Shown piece after piece: positions 8,421 through 18,078 of a stretch of DNA of 64,000 nt. Made by a program: the position numbers and the translations under genes. A model generated the notes under the pieces. The model saw only the letters and a program-made list of their open reading frames with translations. It was not told where the DNA came from and searched no databases. Every line of letters starts with the position of its first letter. The first letter of the stretch is position 1. Origin of the DNA: a bacterium. Lineage in GTDB: Bacteria > Bacillota > Clostridia > Oscillospirales > CAG-272. The stretch is from assembly GCA_963628435.1 (NCBI GenBank), contig CAVGEY010000008.1:12614-76613 (forward strand). Reading direction: 5' to 3'.

Positions 8421-10238
8421 TTATGTGAGTAAATCGATTACTTTCAGAACAATATCATCATAATCTGTATCATAGCTTAAAATATCAATCATTTCAAGCT
8501 CGCCGTCTCTCATAACAACCAGCGCATAATTTGTAAAATAACGGTAGCCGTAAATATCGGAAATGATTGCGCGATAGAGATATGCGTCATTTACCAGTTT
8601 TTTTACCGTCAACGGCATTTCTTCCGACGAATATGTAAATGTTTCTCCTTCGGTGAAACTGCGTGACGATGTATAATCGGAAAATTCATCATACATAATT
8701 GTGATCTCATCGCCGTCTTTAAGCTCGGTCATCCGGTCGGTACTGTCATCTCTCGGCGCATAGCCGGAAATCTGCAGTTCGTGAGTGGTTTTATTGTAGA
8801 TAAATTCAAGATTGCACAATTCCCCGTTTACCTTAATTACAGAGGAATACAATGTATAGTTTTCCAACTCACTGATAACCTGACAGTTCAGTATGCATCC
8901 GTTGAATGTAACCCAGTTACCGACAAAGTCAACGGTATATTCATTGCCGTTTTCGATAATGTCGGTATCGTGACCGATGCCCCAGAATTTATATTCCCCA
9001 TTCAAAAGAGCCGCAAAATCGGCACGGTAAAGTGTATACTGCACCGAGCATACGGATTTATCCGATTCCGAGGTGAGCGAAAAAAAGAGTTTTCCGTCTT
9101 TAGCTTCACCGCGATTTATAAATTCGATTTCAGAAACAACACCGTCCGAAAAATAGTCTGCAATATAGTCGGCATAATCCAAATTTGCAACATTTGCAAG
9201 ATAACCGGCGAGGTAAGACTGATCGCCAAGCGGAAAATAAAAACTAAGTCCGCATGCGTCACTTCGGGCATCTCCGTTTCGGGTATAGATACATTCGGAC
9301 AAATCATACTCGATTCCGAGATATTCGGCTACACCGCCGAGATCATAAAGATCGCTTCCGCCATCGTATATACTGCTTGAGCCGAACTGAATCGAATGAT
9401 AGGCTGCCCGTGCAATTTGATTTTTTTCGCCATTCGACAGTTTTTTCAAAATCTGCGAAGATAATTTATTGACAATATCGAATTTAGTGAGATCAACGAG
9501 CGACATCGTATAGTAGTTTTTGTCGGCGTGCTTTTCGGCATATCCGTCAACTGCCTGCTTCAAATCATCGAGGTGAGTCAAAAGCGAGACATAATCCCAG
9601 CCGGATGACGGCTCAAGCTCCTCCGATGCAATCATTTTTTCGGCATAAGGTTCCATCAGGCAGGCGGTCTCATAATTCGCCATCAGGCAGGCGTCAAAGC
9701 CGACAAATGAAAATTTTTTCGTAAGATTCGCGGATTTCATTGCCGAAACAAGCTCGCTCAGACTAAGCAAATCTCCCTTGAAAAGTTCGTCTTTGCATAC
9801 TCCTTTGGCAGAGCCTCCGCCGTGATCCCAAAGAATCACGGCGGTATTTTCCGAAGGATAGTTTTCAAGTCCGAATTTCAGAAATGATGCCAGTGTTTCG
9901 GAACTTCCCATGTTTACCATTGGATTTGACTCGACAAGTTTCAGTTCTTTATCTTCGATGATATAGCGGTTCGAGCGGTCCGACGGGATATCATATTTAC
10001 GCCATGTTTTAGCACCGCCTGTCTGAATGACAACCGTCGTACCTTCGGGAATATCGGCAGCAAGCATTTCGGTAATATTCTTTGTCGCCGCACCGTTTCT
10101 TGTTTCAAGATCGCTGCCGCACATGTAGATGAGCAGTGTAAAGTTATTTTTCTTTTCGGCACATCCGCCGATAATGATTAACGAAACAGTCAATGTAAAT
10201 GCAAGGAGCAGGGATAGTGTTCTCCTATTCGGTTTCAT
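8421..10238 (-). CDS. Clostripain-like cysteine peptidase (family C11) lipoprotein with a beta-rich C-terminal extension
   Basis: 605 aa. Lipobox IIGGC. LLIYMCGSDLE start of the C11 fold. Catalytic His in AVILWDHGGG and catalytic Cys in FVGFDACLMA. Confidence 0.8.
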   Translation of the reverse strand: MKPNRRTLSLLLAFTLTVSLIIIGGCAEKKNNFTLLIYMCGSDLETRNGAATKNITEMLAADIPEGTTVVIQTGGAKTWRKYDIPSDRSNRYIIEDKELKLVESNPMVNMGSSETLASFLKFGLENYPSENTAVILWDHGGGSAKGVCKDELFKGDLLSLSELVSAMKSANLTKKFSFVGFDACLMANYETACLMEPYAEKMIASEELEPSSGWDYVSLLTHLDDLKQAVDGYAEKHADKNYYTMSLVDLTKFDIVNKLSSQILKKLSNGEKNQIARAAYHSIQFGSSSIYDGGSDLYDLGGVAEYLGIEYDLSECIYTRNGDARSDACGLSFYFPLGDQSYLAGYLANVANLDYADYIADYFSDGVVSEIEFINRGEAKDGKLFFSLTSESDKSVCSVQYTLYRADFAALLNGEYKFWGIGHDTDIIENGNEYTVDFVGNWVTFNGCILNCQVISELENYTLYSSVIKVNGELCNLEFIYNKTTHELQISGYAPRDDSTDRMTELKDGDEITIMYDEFSDYTSSRSFTEGETFTYSSEEMPLTVKKLVNDAYLYRAIISDIYGYRYFTNYALVVMRDGELEMIDILSYDTDYDDIVLKVIDLLT

Positions 10239-10255
10239 AACACTCCTTTGCGGTA

Positions 10256-13174
10256 TCAGAAATTATATTCTTCCGCAGGTTTAAGATAATACATACCGTA
10301 ATCAAAATAGTGATCCCAAACAACAGCATGTTGTATGTCTTCCGCCGCACCCGGAAAATTTGCCATCCATGCTATTTGAGCTTTTCTATCCGACTCATCT
10401 GACCAAGTCCATTTTTCATGCTTGTCCAAATATTCCACTCTCCTATATACTCCTCTGTAACCCAAATATTTGCCATACCTCGTTTCGGGAGTGGAATATG
10501 TTTTCATAATATCTGCGGTAAAATATCCAACAGTGCAAAGAGCATACAAATTATTGTCCATTATAATAGGGCGATTTGACCAGTATTCGAAATTTCCGAC
10601 GGTATTATCCAAAAGAATGGGATTTAAGTCGAGCGTTCGGTCTTCGTCCGGATTTACCGACTCCGGATTAACCGCATCACCGAGCAGCTGAAGTTCCTCT
10701 CTGAGCGTTCTTCCCTGCATTCTTTTGAGAAATTCTTTCAGCGCACTTTCGTTATTTACAAACCCCAAGTCGGCGGCGTAATTTGTGAATACTTCGGCAT
10801 AAGTCGTACGGCTGATTGTATAAACGCCCCACTTAAAGCGTTTGCCTGTGGCGTACATATACATTGTATCACGGTTGTGTGAATTCACTTCAAGTTCGGC
10901 CGGATTGTTATTTATGATAGCAAGACATTCGTCTATTATTGTCATTGCAGTTTTTCGGTCTCCGCCTTTTCCGTCTTGTCCGTTAAACTGTGCATACAAA
11001 TCAACATCTGCGGGATCAACACCCAGATAGTAAGACGACAGAAGCATTTTCGCTCTGACCAGATATCCCTGAATAGCGGTGCGGTAATTCCGGCGCAGCG
11101 TAAGCGACTGCGCATCAAAATTGTAGGTTTTCGCGCAGAGAGTGTCAAAGTTAAGAAGTGCATCGTTCTTTTTAAGGGAACTCGGTGTCAGCATTGTTTG
11201 GATATCTTTCAATGTTTCTACGATTTTTGATATGTTACCCGTGTACGCAAGATCCGAGTTAAGATGCTCACGTGTATATATAAGATAGTTGCGATAATAA
11301 TTTTCCCATTGAAGCTGTACATCTTCGGATGATGTACATTTACCGTTTTTATCATAGGTCAATGGGGTAACGGGAGGCGGGTTTTGAGTGTTATACGGTT
11401 TTGCAGTAGAACTGATTCTGCCCTCGCAAAGATCAAGAGAAGTTTCCAGTCTTCCCAGCAGAAGGTCGAAATCCCCTACCTGCTGTGCAAGAGCTTTGAT
11501 GTTCTGCTCTTCGAATTTCTCATAGACGTTATTAAAAGAGGCATTGATTTCATCACGCATATCAACCAAATAATTATAGATTTTATCGAGCTTTGCTTTT
11601 TCCGATTCAATAACCCCAACCATTTCAAGGACATTGTAGATTCCGCTGCCGATTGACACACCTGCCGAAAACAGAGAGCCGACTGTTCCGAATGCCGTAT
11701 TTCCGAAGCCTCCGACAATACCCTTAATAATCTGGACATCGCTGTCACTCAGAGCCTTGCCCATTTCGGAATATGTATAATTACGGCTGTTTTCTTTCTT
11801 TGATGAAGTTCCGCCCCAGTCGCATATCAGCGAGCCCTCGGCAAGAATAACCGTTCCGAAGAGATTCATTTCTTCAACCGAAGCAGAGTCGGACAATACG
11901 GTCAAAACAAGAGTCGAAACAGTGTCCGAATCGCGTGTCAGAGAAGAAATCTCGGCATCCGCAAAATCATCTGCGAAAGAAATCATATTCTCGGAAAGGT
12001 CGGCGGCAAATGTTCCGCCCGAAGCATAAAGTTTAAGCGTAATCGTACAGGTCTTGTTGTTTATTTCGGCATAATCAAACACGGGGTAAAAAGATGCCTG
12101 TGAAATTCCCACCGTGACATCAAGGTCATAACCGCCGTTCAATGCCGTTTTTGCGATAACAAGAGATTTACAGAAAATCGCATCGGCAATATCGTTCGGT
12201 GTACTCTTTCCGTCTACGGTAAAATAAAGAGTACCCGTAGTGTCATCCTTCTTTTCAAAGGCAGTAACTGCGGCTCCGTCAAGCGTAAAGTCCGAAGCCG
12301 ACGGATTTTCGCCGAATGTATCCCAGTAAAGTTTGATGTCAAACGAAGCGGTCCCGTCTTTAACGGCGAAAGTTGTTGAATCAGCCGCTGCCGAAACATC
12401 GTTTACGCCTATGCATACCGATATATCCGAATATCCGTTTTCAAATCCGTCCTTATCAATATAGACGAATCCATCGGTATAACAACCCGACGATTTATTA
12501 TATACAATTTCTCCGGTCAGCTGAAGTGTCAGATTTTTACCGGCAGAGCTTACCGATGCAACCGCCATATTTTCAAATGAACCCGCAAGTGTAATATTCT
12601 CCGTCGTGACACCGGAAGCGAAATTATCGTTTTCCAAAGTCATTGTCAGTTTAATTGTTTTGGTATCGGGGGTAACATTTTCGGTGTCACAGGTAATGTT
12701 TTTTCCGGTACTTACAGACACACATACAGTTACATCCGATTTCTCACCTATTGAGTCAGCGGCAAGCTTTACAATATAGCCCGATACATTGTTTTCGGAC
12801 TCGGCGTCGACGAAAGAAACTTCCAAACTACTGTCGTCTTTTCTGTTTACCGAAGTAATCGTAACACTCGATTCGATAAGCGATTCGGATGTCTCATCGG
12901 TTGTTACGGCATTTTCGGATGCTATGCTATTAAACATTTTATACTCTTCGCTCGCATAGGTGGTAAGTGTGATATCATCGACATCAACGCTTTTTTTGAA
13001 GCTCATACCGCCGAGAGTGACCGTTGTGGTATACACACCGTCTTTGCGGTAATCGACGGATGAAGCGGACACCGTCTTCTCGGTCTGATTTCCGGAGCAG
13101 CCGAAAAGTCCTATGCATGTAGCCGCGCACATCAGCAATGCCAACAACCTTTTACCATAGTCATTGTGTTTCAT
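10256..13174 (-). CDS. Large surface lipoprotein, unknown function (beta-repeat N-half, glycine-zipper segment, helical C-half)
   Basis: 972 aa. Lipobox LFGCSGN and AGGAGGA SD. Residues about 35-470 contain repeated modules of the type ..ENITLAGSFENMAVASVSSAGKNLTLQLTG.. . Residues 482-522 read IIKGIVGGFGNTAFGTVGSLFSAGVSIGSGIYNVLEMVGVI. A coiled-coil-like and Trp/Tyr-rich C-terminal half follows. It ends 17 nt upstream of the C11 peptidase gene. Confidence 0.8.
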   Translation of the reverse strand: MKHNDYGKRLLALLMCAATCIGLFGCSGNQTEKTVSASSVDYRKDGVYTTTVTLGGMSFKKSVDVDDITLTTYASEEYKMFNSIASENAVTTDETSESLIESSVTITSVNRKDDSSLEVSFVDAESENNVSGYIVKLAADSIGEKSDVTVCVSVSTGKNITCDTENVTPDTKTIKLTMTLENDNFASGVTTENITLAGSFENMAVASVSSAGKNLTLQLTGEIVYNKSSGCYTDGFVYIDKDGFENGYSDISVCIGVNDVSAAADSTTFAVKDGTASFDIKLYWDTFGENPSASDFTLDGAAVTAFEKKDDTTGTLYFTVDGKSTPNDIADAIFCKSLVIAKTALNGGYDLDVTVGISQASFYPVFDYAEINNKTCTITLKLYASGGTFAADLSENMISFADDFADAEISSLTRDSDTVSTLVLTVLSDSASVEEMNLFGTVILAEGSLICDWGGTSSKKENSRNYTYSEMGKALSDSDVQIIKGIVGGFGNTAFGTVGSLFSAGVSIGSGIYNVLEMVGVIESEKAKLDKIYNYLVDMRDEINASFNNVYEKFEEQNIKALAQQVGDFDLLLGRLETSLDLCEGRISSTAKPYNTQNPPPVTPLTYDKNGKCTSSEDVQLQWENYYRNYLIYTREHLNSDLAYTGNISKIVETLKDIQTMLTPSSLKKNDALLNFDTLCAKTYNFDAQSLTLRRNYRTAIQGYLVRAKMLLSSYYLGVDPADVDLYAQFNGQDGKGGDRKTAMTIIDECLAIINNNPAELEVNSHNRDTMYMYATGKRFKWGVYTISRTTYAEVFTNYAADLGFVNNESALKEFLKRMQGRTLREELQLLGDAVNPESVNPDEDRTLDLNPILLDNTVGNFEYWSNRPIIMDNNLYALCTVGYFTADIMKTYSTPETRYGKYLGYRGVYRRVEYLDKHEKWTWSDESDRKAQIAWMANFPGAAEDIQHAVVWDHYFDYGMYYLKPAEEYNF

Positions 13175-13293
13175 AAATGTTCCTCCTTTTTTGTTTGAAA
13201 TAGTTTTATTTGGTTTTTTTCATATATCTGTCTATATTATATTCCGTAAACGTTACCAGTCCGTAACCGACACCGATTTTTCGGAAATATATG

Positions 13294-13333
13294 AAAAAGC
13301 CGAAGAGCGGGCATAAATATTCCTGTCTTCGGC
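13294..13333 (-). terminator. Rho-independent terminator after the small ORF unit
   Basis: On the minus strand: GCCGAAGA(CAGG)...(CCCG)CTCTTCGGC hairpin followed by UUUUUCAU. Confidence 0.55.
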
Positions 13334-13344
13334 ATTGTTATTTT

Positions 13345-13452
13345 TCATTTTTCGGACAAGACATAAAAAGATTTAAGAAAAAGCGCAGTACGTCCACGAC
13401 AACAGATAACCGACAATCGATAGACTACGGTGTTGTTCCCTGTCATTGTCAT
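13345..13452 (-). CDS. Hypothetical small protein or leader peptide (35 codons; 33 if the second ATG is used)
   Basis: Minus-strand unit with promoter TTGATA-17-TATACT (13538-13510), GGAGGA SD, ORF MTMTGNNTVVYRLSVICCRGRTALFLKSFYVLSEK and then the terminator at 13333-13294. I recognise no homology. Coding status is unproven. Confidence 0.25.
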   Translation of the reverse strand: MTMTGNNTVVYRLSVICCRGRTALFLKSFYVLSEK

Positions 13453-13638
13453 ATCCTCCGCTTATGTTTTTCAGTGACTTTCGATATGATTCTCGCTTCT
13501 CTTCAGCTGAGTATATCATATTTATCCGAAATTATCAAGCAATTTACGGATAATTTTTTATAGGGAAGAAAAATATTTTACATTTTTTCTTCCGTAACGC
13601 TAAATTAATGAAAGTTTTTTTAATTTTCGCGAAATATC

Positions 13639-13667
13639 TTGATAAATTAAACAAAATATATTATAAT
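13639..13667 (+). promoter_or_regulatory. Sigma-70-type promoter for the LCP-like/glyQS genes
   Basis: TTGATA (13639-13644), 17-nt spacer, TATAAT (13662-13667). Confidence 0.5.
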
Positions 13668-13705
13668 TAAGAAGTTAAACGAAAATTACGAGGGAGTATA
13701 TTAAA

Positions 13706-14746
13706 ATGACCTTTGTCAGAAACTTTTTGATTTCCTTTCTGATTGCATTTATAGTGTTTGCCCCTCTTGCATATTTCGGTCTCAATTATGTGATTGACAG
13801 CGTTGAAGCCGCCGGAAAGCCCGACAGCGAGAACAATAATACCGATGTAAGCAGCAGCGATAATCAGGAAAATATCGATACCGGTGCAGGCTCAATAACG
13901 ATGCTTATGATAGCAAGATCAGACAATCCGGATTACAGTCAGTCGGCCAATATTGAAACGGAAGGCATTGAAACCGAAACTGCCGAAACAGAAGCTGCTG
14001 TAACTCAAAGTCCGGATGAAAATCTGCTTCCGCGTTTACAAAAAGCAAATCCCGAAAAAATCGTCGATTTCGTTACAATAGTAAGCGTCAATACCGACAG
14101 TAAAAAGGCCGTCATTACCGCTATTCCCGGAAATCTCAAGGTCGAGTTCAAAGGTGTTGCGATGAGCCTTTCGGACGCGCTTTACTATGCCGATTTGCCG
14201 GAATATAATGTTGACAAAAATTATGTTGCGGATTTATTCACAAGCTGTACCGGAATTGCAATAGACTGTTACACGTATGTGGAAACATCGGATTTCACCC
14301 GTGCGGCCGATTCACTCGGAAAGTTGACAGTAGATTTTCCCGAAGCGATAACAATTTATGACGGTGCAACAAGATTTTTCCCGAAAGGAGAAAACACCCT
14401 TTCTTCCGCGGATTTGAAATCGCTGATCGGATACGGCAATTACACCAATCCTCTGCTCAAATATCAACTGATATCCGCAATGTGCAAAGCGATACTCAAT
14501 CAAGGCTGTACATCATCAGGCTTTTCGAATTTTGAGCAAACATGGGCCCGCATATCGGTATACATGGATTATGACATAGGAAGCTACACAACGCCGCGTT
14601 CCGCAGCCGAAAAACTGTTTGAATACAGAAACTGCTCTCCGATTATTGTAAATGTCATCGGACAATTTACAACATCGGGCGACAAAAGCTATTTTGAACT
14701 TGACAGAACCAATACGATATCACAAATAAAGCAATACGGATTTTAA
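13706..14746 (+). CDS. Membrane-anchored LytR-CpsA-Psr (LCP)-like protein, divergent
   Basis: 346 aa with an N-terminal TM helix. [10 protein letters not shown]...[29 protein letters not shown]...LSDALYY...[29 protein letters not shown] follows the LCP core order (llG.DsR / sDtimlvsi....k....siPRD / inaAy / idhyv.v.f.gf..lvd.lGGv.v). The conserved Arg positions are replaced (PGN for PRD), and a Glu/Thr-rich insert is present. Confidence 0.35.
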   Translation: MTFVRNFLISFLIAFIVFAPLAYFGLNYVIDSVEAAGKPDSENNNTDVSSSDNQENIDTGAGSITMLMIARSDNPDYSQSANIETEGIETETAETEAAVTQSPDENLLPRLQKANPEKIVDFVTIVSVNTDSKKAVITAIPGNLKVEFKGVAMSLSDALYYADLPEYNVDKNYVADLFTSCTGIAIDCYTYVETSDFTRAADSLGKLTVDFPEAITIYDGATRFFPKGENTLSSADLKSLIGYGNYTNPLLKYQLISAMCKAILNQGCTSSGFSNFEQTWARISVYMDYDIGSYTTPRSAAEKLFEYRNCSPIIVNVIGQFTTSGDKSYFELDRTNTISQIKQYGF

Positions 14747-14780
14747 CAATTTATTTATTTCACATAAAGGAGTTGACATT

Positions 14781-16202
14781 ATGAAAAATAATGAAAAAAC
14801 AATGGATAAAATCGTTGCCCTCTGCAAAAATCGCGGTTTCATCTTTGCGGGGAGCGAAATATACGGCGGACTTGCCAACACATGGGACTACGGTCCGCTC
14901 GGAGTTGAACTGAAAAACAATGTTAAAAAAGCCTGGTGGAAGAAATTCGTACAGGAAAACCGTTATAATGTCGGACAGGATGCTGCAATTCTCATGAATC
15001 CGCAGACCTGGGTTGCGAGCGGACATCTGAGCGGATTTTCGGATCCGCTTATGGACTGCAAGGAATGCAAGGAGAGATTCCGCGCCGATAAACTCATCGA
15101 AGACTGGTGCAGCGAAAAGTCATATCAGCTGCAAAAACCGATTGATGCTTTTTCACAAAGCGAGATGAAAGATTTTATCGAAGAGAACAATATCCCCTGC
15201 CCGTCCTGCGGAAAACACAATTTTACAGACATAAGACAGTTCAATCTGATGTTCAAGACATTTCAGGGAGTCACCGAAGATGCAAAAAACACCGTTTATC
15301 TCCGTCCCGAAACAGCACAAGGCATTTTTACGAACTTTGTTAATGTTCAGCGTACAACCAGACGCAAGCTTCCGTTCGGCGTATGTCAGATAGGCAAATC
15401 GTTCAGAAACGAAATCACTCCCGGCAACTTCATTTTCCGTGTCCGCGAATTTGAGCAGATGGAACTTGAATTTTTCTGCAAACCCGGCACAGATCTCGAA
15501 TGGTTCAGCTACTGGCGCACATTCTGTAAGAACTGGCTTCTTTCAATTGGTCTGAAAGAGGAAAACATACGTCTGCGCGATCACTCTCCCGAAGAGCTTT
15601 GTTTTTATTCAAAAGCAACGACCGATTTTGAGTTTTTATTCCCGTTCGGCTGGGGTGAACTGTGGGGAGTTGCCGATCGTACAGATTATGACCTTACACA
15701 GCATCAGAATGTTTCCGGAAAAGATTTGACTTATTTCGATCCCGAAACAAATGAGAGATATATTCCGTATGTTGTCGAACCTTCGCTCGGTGTTGAGAGA
15801 AGTGTTCTTGCCGTACTTTGCGATGCATACGATGAGGAAGTCGTAGACGCAGAGAAAAATGACATTCGCTGCGTTCTGCATCTGCATCCGGCTCTCGCAC
15901 CGTACAAGGCAGCGGTTTTGCCGCTTTCCAAAAAGCTCAGTGAGCCTGCTCAAAAAATTTACGATGAACTCAGCAAATACTGGATGGTTGATTTTGACGA
16001 GGCCGGTTCAATAGGAAAGAGATACCGCCGTGAAGATGAAATCGGCACACCTTTCTGCATAACAGTTGACTTCGATACTGTCGGAAATGACGAAAAGGCC
16101 GGCGACAACTGCGTAACTATCCGTGACAGAGACAGCATGGAACAAGTTCGCATTCCGATTGCATCGATTAAAGATTATATCGCAGAGAAAACAGAATTTT
16201 GA
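14781..16202 (+). CDS. glyQS: Glycine--tRNA ligase (alpha2 type)
   Basis: 473 aa. [40 protein letters not shown] and class II aaRS motifs ([25 protein letters not shown]). Confidence 0.95.
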   Translation: MKNNEKTMDKIVALCKNRGFIFAGSEIYGGLANTWDYGPLGVELKNNVKKAWWKKFVQENRYNVGQDAAILMNPQTWVASGHLSGFSDPLMDCKECKERFRADKLIEDWCSEKSYQLQKPIDAFSQSEMKDFIEENNIPCPSCGKHNFTDIRQFNLMFKTFQGVTEDAKNTVYLRPETAQGIFTNFVNVQRTTRRKLPFGVCQIGKSFRNEITPGNFIFRVREFEQMELEFFCKPGTDLEWFSYWRTFCKNWLLSIGLKEENIRLRDHSPEELCFYSKATTDFEFLFPFGWGELWGVADRTDYDLTQHQNVSGKDLTYFDPETNERYIPYVVEPSLGVERSVLAVLCDAYDEEVVDAEKNDIRCVLHLHPALAPYKAAVLPLSKKLSEPAQKIYDELSKYWMVDFDEAGSIGKRYRREDEIGTPFCITVDFDTVGNDEKAGDNCVTIRDRDSMEQVRIPIASIKDYIAEKTEF

Positions 16203-16217
16203 CAAATAAAAAACATA

Positions 16218-16254
16218 AGCGGGATGTCCTATCTTTTAGGACATCCCGCTTTTC
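16218..16254. terminator. Bidirectional terminator (glyQS / ABC exporter)
   Basis: Stem agcgggatgtcct / aggacatcccgct (16218-16230 / 16238-16250) with A/T runs on both sides. Confidence 0.8.
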
Positions 16255-16268
16255 ATAATCCGTAAATG

Positions 16269-17984
16269 TTATATTCCGTTAAACTGCGCATTATAAAGAT
16301 TTGCGTAAATTCCGTTTTTCTTCATAAGTTCGGCGTGGCTTCCCTGCTCCTTAATCCCTTCATCATCAATTACCACAATCACATCGGCGTTTTTAACTGT
16401 TGAAAGTCTATGTGCAACAGTAAGCGTTGTTCTGCCCTCGCTTAACCGTTCAAGAGAGTTGACTATTGCCATCTCGGTGTTGCTGTCAAGTGAAGATGTC
16501 GCCTCATCGAGAATAAGAATCGGAGGATTTTTCAAAAATGCTCTCGCTATCGATATACGCTGCTTTTGTCCGCCCGATAGTTTTACTCCGCGTTCGCCTA
16601 TATATGTATCGTATCCGTCACTCAGCGACATAATAAAATCATGTATGCTTGCATTTTCGGCGGCTTTGTATACTTCTTCTCTTGTCGCGGACGGATTACC
16701 GTAAGCAATATTTTCATATATCGTTCCCGTAAAAAGAAATGTTTCCTGTGCTACAATTCCTATATTTTCTCTGAGCGAATCGAGCGTCATATCACGGATA
16801 TCGATACCGTCGATTGTAATTTTTCCGTCTGTAACCTCATAAAATCTCGGTATCAGATTGCATATGGTTGTTTTGCCTGCTCCCGAAGGGCCGACAAAGG
16901 CAAATCTCTTGCCTTTCTCTATATGAAGATTGACGTGATTCAGTACCATGCTTCGGTCATCATACGCAAAACTAACATCGCAGAATTCAATATCCCCTGA
17001 AAGTCTGCCCGCAATCAACGCATTTTTCTTCTCAACCTCGGCTTTTTCTTCCATTATCTCGTTGAATCTGACAAATCCGGTCATTCCGTTCTGATACTGT
17101 TCAACAAAAGAGATAAGTCTCTTTATCGGATTCATAAAGACATTTACAAATATTATAAAGGCCGCAAAATCTCCGACGGTTATCCATCCGAAATAAACGA
17201 AGATTCCCCCGCTGAACATAACAACAAGATTCAGAAAATCGGTCATAAAGGCTGTAACTGCCTGAAATTCTCCCATAACTTTATAAGATTTCGATCTTGC
17301 GTCTACAAATCTTTTATTTGATTTTTCAAATCGGTCACATTCGTATGCTTTATTTGTATATGCTTTTGAAATTCTTATTCCCGACACTGCATTTTCAAGT
17401 ACGGAGTTTACCTCACCGACCTCTACTTTTGTCTCCTTGAATGCTTTTGACAGTGCGAGTCTGCGTTTCATCGTATAAATCAGGAAAACGGGAATAGACG
17501 AAAAAACTATGAGAGTAAGCCATATATTTATCTGTGACATCAGGACAAATGAGCCGACAAACAGCACGGCGGACAGGAAAAGATCTTCGGGACCGTGATG
17601 TGCAAGTTCCGAAATATCGAACAGATCGTTTATTATCCTTGACATTATATTGCCCGTTTTATTATTATCAAAATAAGAGCATGGCAAATCCTGCAAATGA
17701 GAAAAGACTTCCCGTCTCATATCGGCCTGCATGTGAACGCCCATGACATGGCCGTAATAAGAGATAAAATAGTTCAGCCAGATTTTTATGATATATATAA
17801 GCACGGCAATACACGACCAAAGAATAAGCAGCCGTATATTCTTATTCGGTATAAAATCGTTTATCATGCTGCGGGTAATCATGGGGTAAAACAAATCGGC
17901 AACAGCCAAAATCAATGCCGCAACCAGATCGGCAATAAAAACCACCATGTGCGGCTTATAATACTTAATAAATTTTTTTAACAT
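16269..17984 (-). CDS. ABC exporter, fused permease/ATPase (MsbA-like)
   Basis: Walker A GPSGAGKTT, signature LSGGQKQRISIARA, Walker B LILDEA. The track ORF extends to 18047, but that extension covers the ftsZ terminator hairpin. MLKKFIKYYKPHM (ATG 17984) is the likely start. Confidence 0.85.
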   Translation of the reverse strand: MLKKFIKYYKPHMVVFIADLVAALILAVADLFYPMITRSMINDFIPNKNIRLLILWSCIAVLIYIIKIWLNYFISYYGHVMGVHMQADMRREVFSHLQDLPCSYFDNNKTGNIMSRIINDLFDISELAHHGPEDLFLSAVLFVGSFVLMSQINIWLTLIVFSSIPVFLIYTMKRRLALSKAFKETKVEVGEVNSVLENAVSGIRISKAYTNKAYECDRFEKSNKRFVDARSKSYKVMGEFQAVTAFMTDFLNLVVMFSGGIFVYFGWITVGDFAAFIIFVNVFMNPIKRLISFVEQYQNGMTGFVRFNEIMEEKAEVEKKNALIAGRLSGDIEFCDVSFAYDDRSMVLNHVNLHIEKGKRFAFVGPSGAGKTTICNLIPRFYEVTDGKITIDGIDIRDMTLDSLRENIGIVAQETFLFTGTIYENIAYGNPSATREEVYKAAENASIHDFIMSLSDGYDTYIGERGVKLSGGQKQRISIARAFLKNPPILILDEATSSLDSNTEMAIVNSLERLSEGRTTLTVAHRLSTVKNADVIVVIDDEGIKEQGSHAELMKKNGIYANLYNAQFNGI

Positions 17985-18005
17985 TTTTTCGGAAAACCTC
18001 ATAAT

Positions 18006-18044
18006 ACAAAAGAGCGGCCGCCCGCATAAGCGGTAACCGCTCTT
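18006..18044 (-). terminator. Terminator downstream of ftsZ
   Basis: Minus strand: AAGAGCGG...CCGCTCTT hairpin (18044-18037 / 18017-18010) followed by UUGU. Confidence 0.45.
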
Positions 18045-18078
18045 CAATACATTACAGAAATGAATCGATGTTTATTTA

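Noticed and set aside
13291-13563. A 90-aa plus-strand ORF in the 13.2-13.7 kb intergenic region.
   Set aside because: It has no SD and a low-complexity, implausible sequence. It overlaps a better-supported minus-strand promoter/SD/small-ORF/terminator unit.
13562-13592. A hairpin GGAAGAAAAA...TTTTTTCTTCC in the divergent intergenic region.
   Set aside because: It is an AT-rich low-complexity stem with no adjacent U-run on either strand in a position that would terminate a gene. It is probably incidental.
14747-14780. I looked for the T-box leader expected upstream of glyQS in Firmicutes.
   Set aside because: There are only 34 nt between the upstream stop and the glyQS start. The 13564-13705 region is too short and lacks a T-box sequence or specifier-loop features that I can see. 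I report this as an absence, not as a feature.
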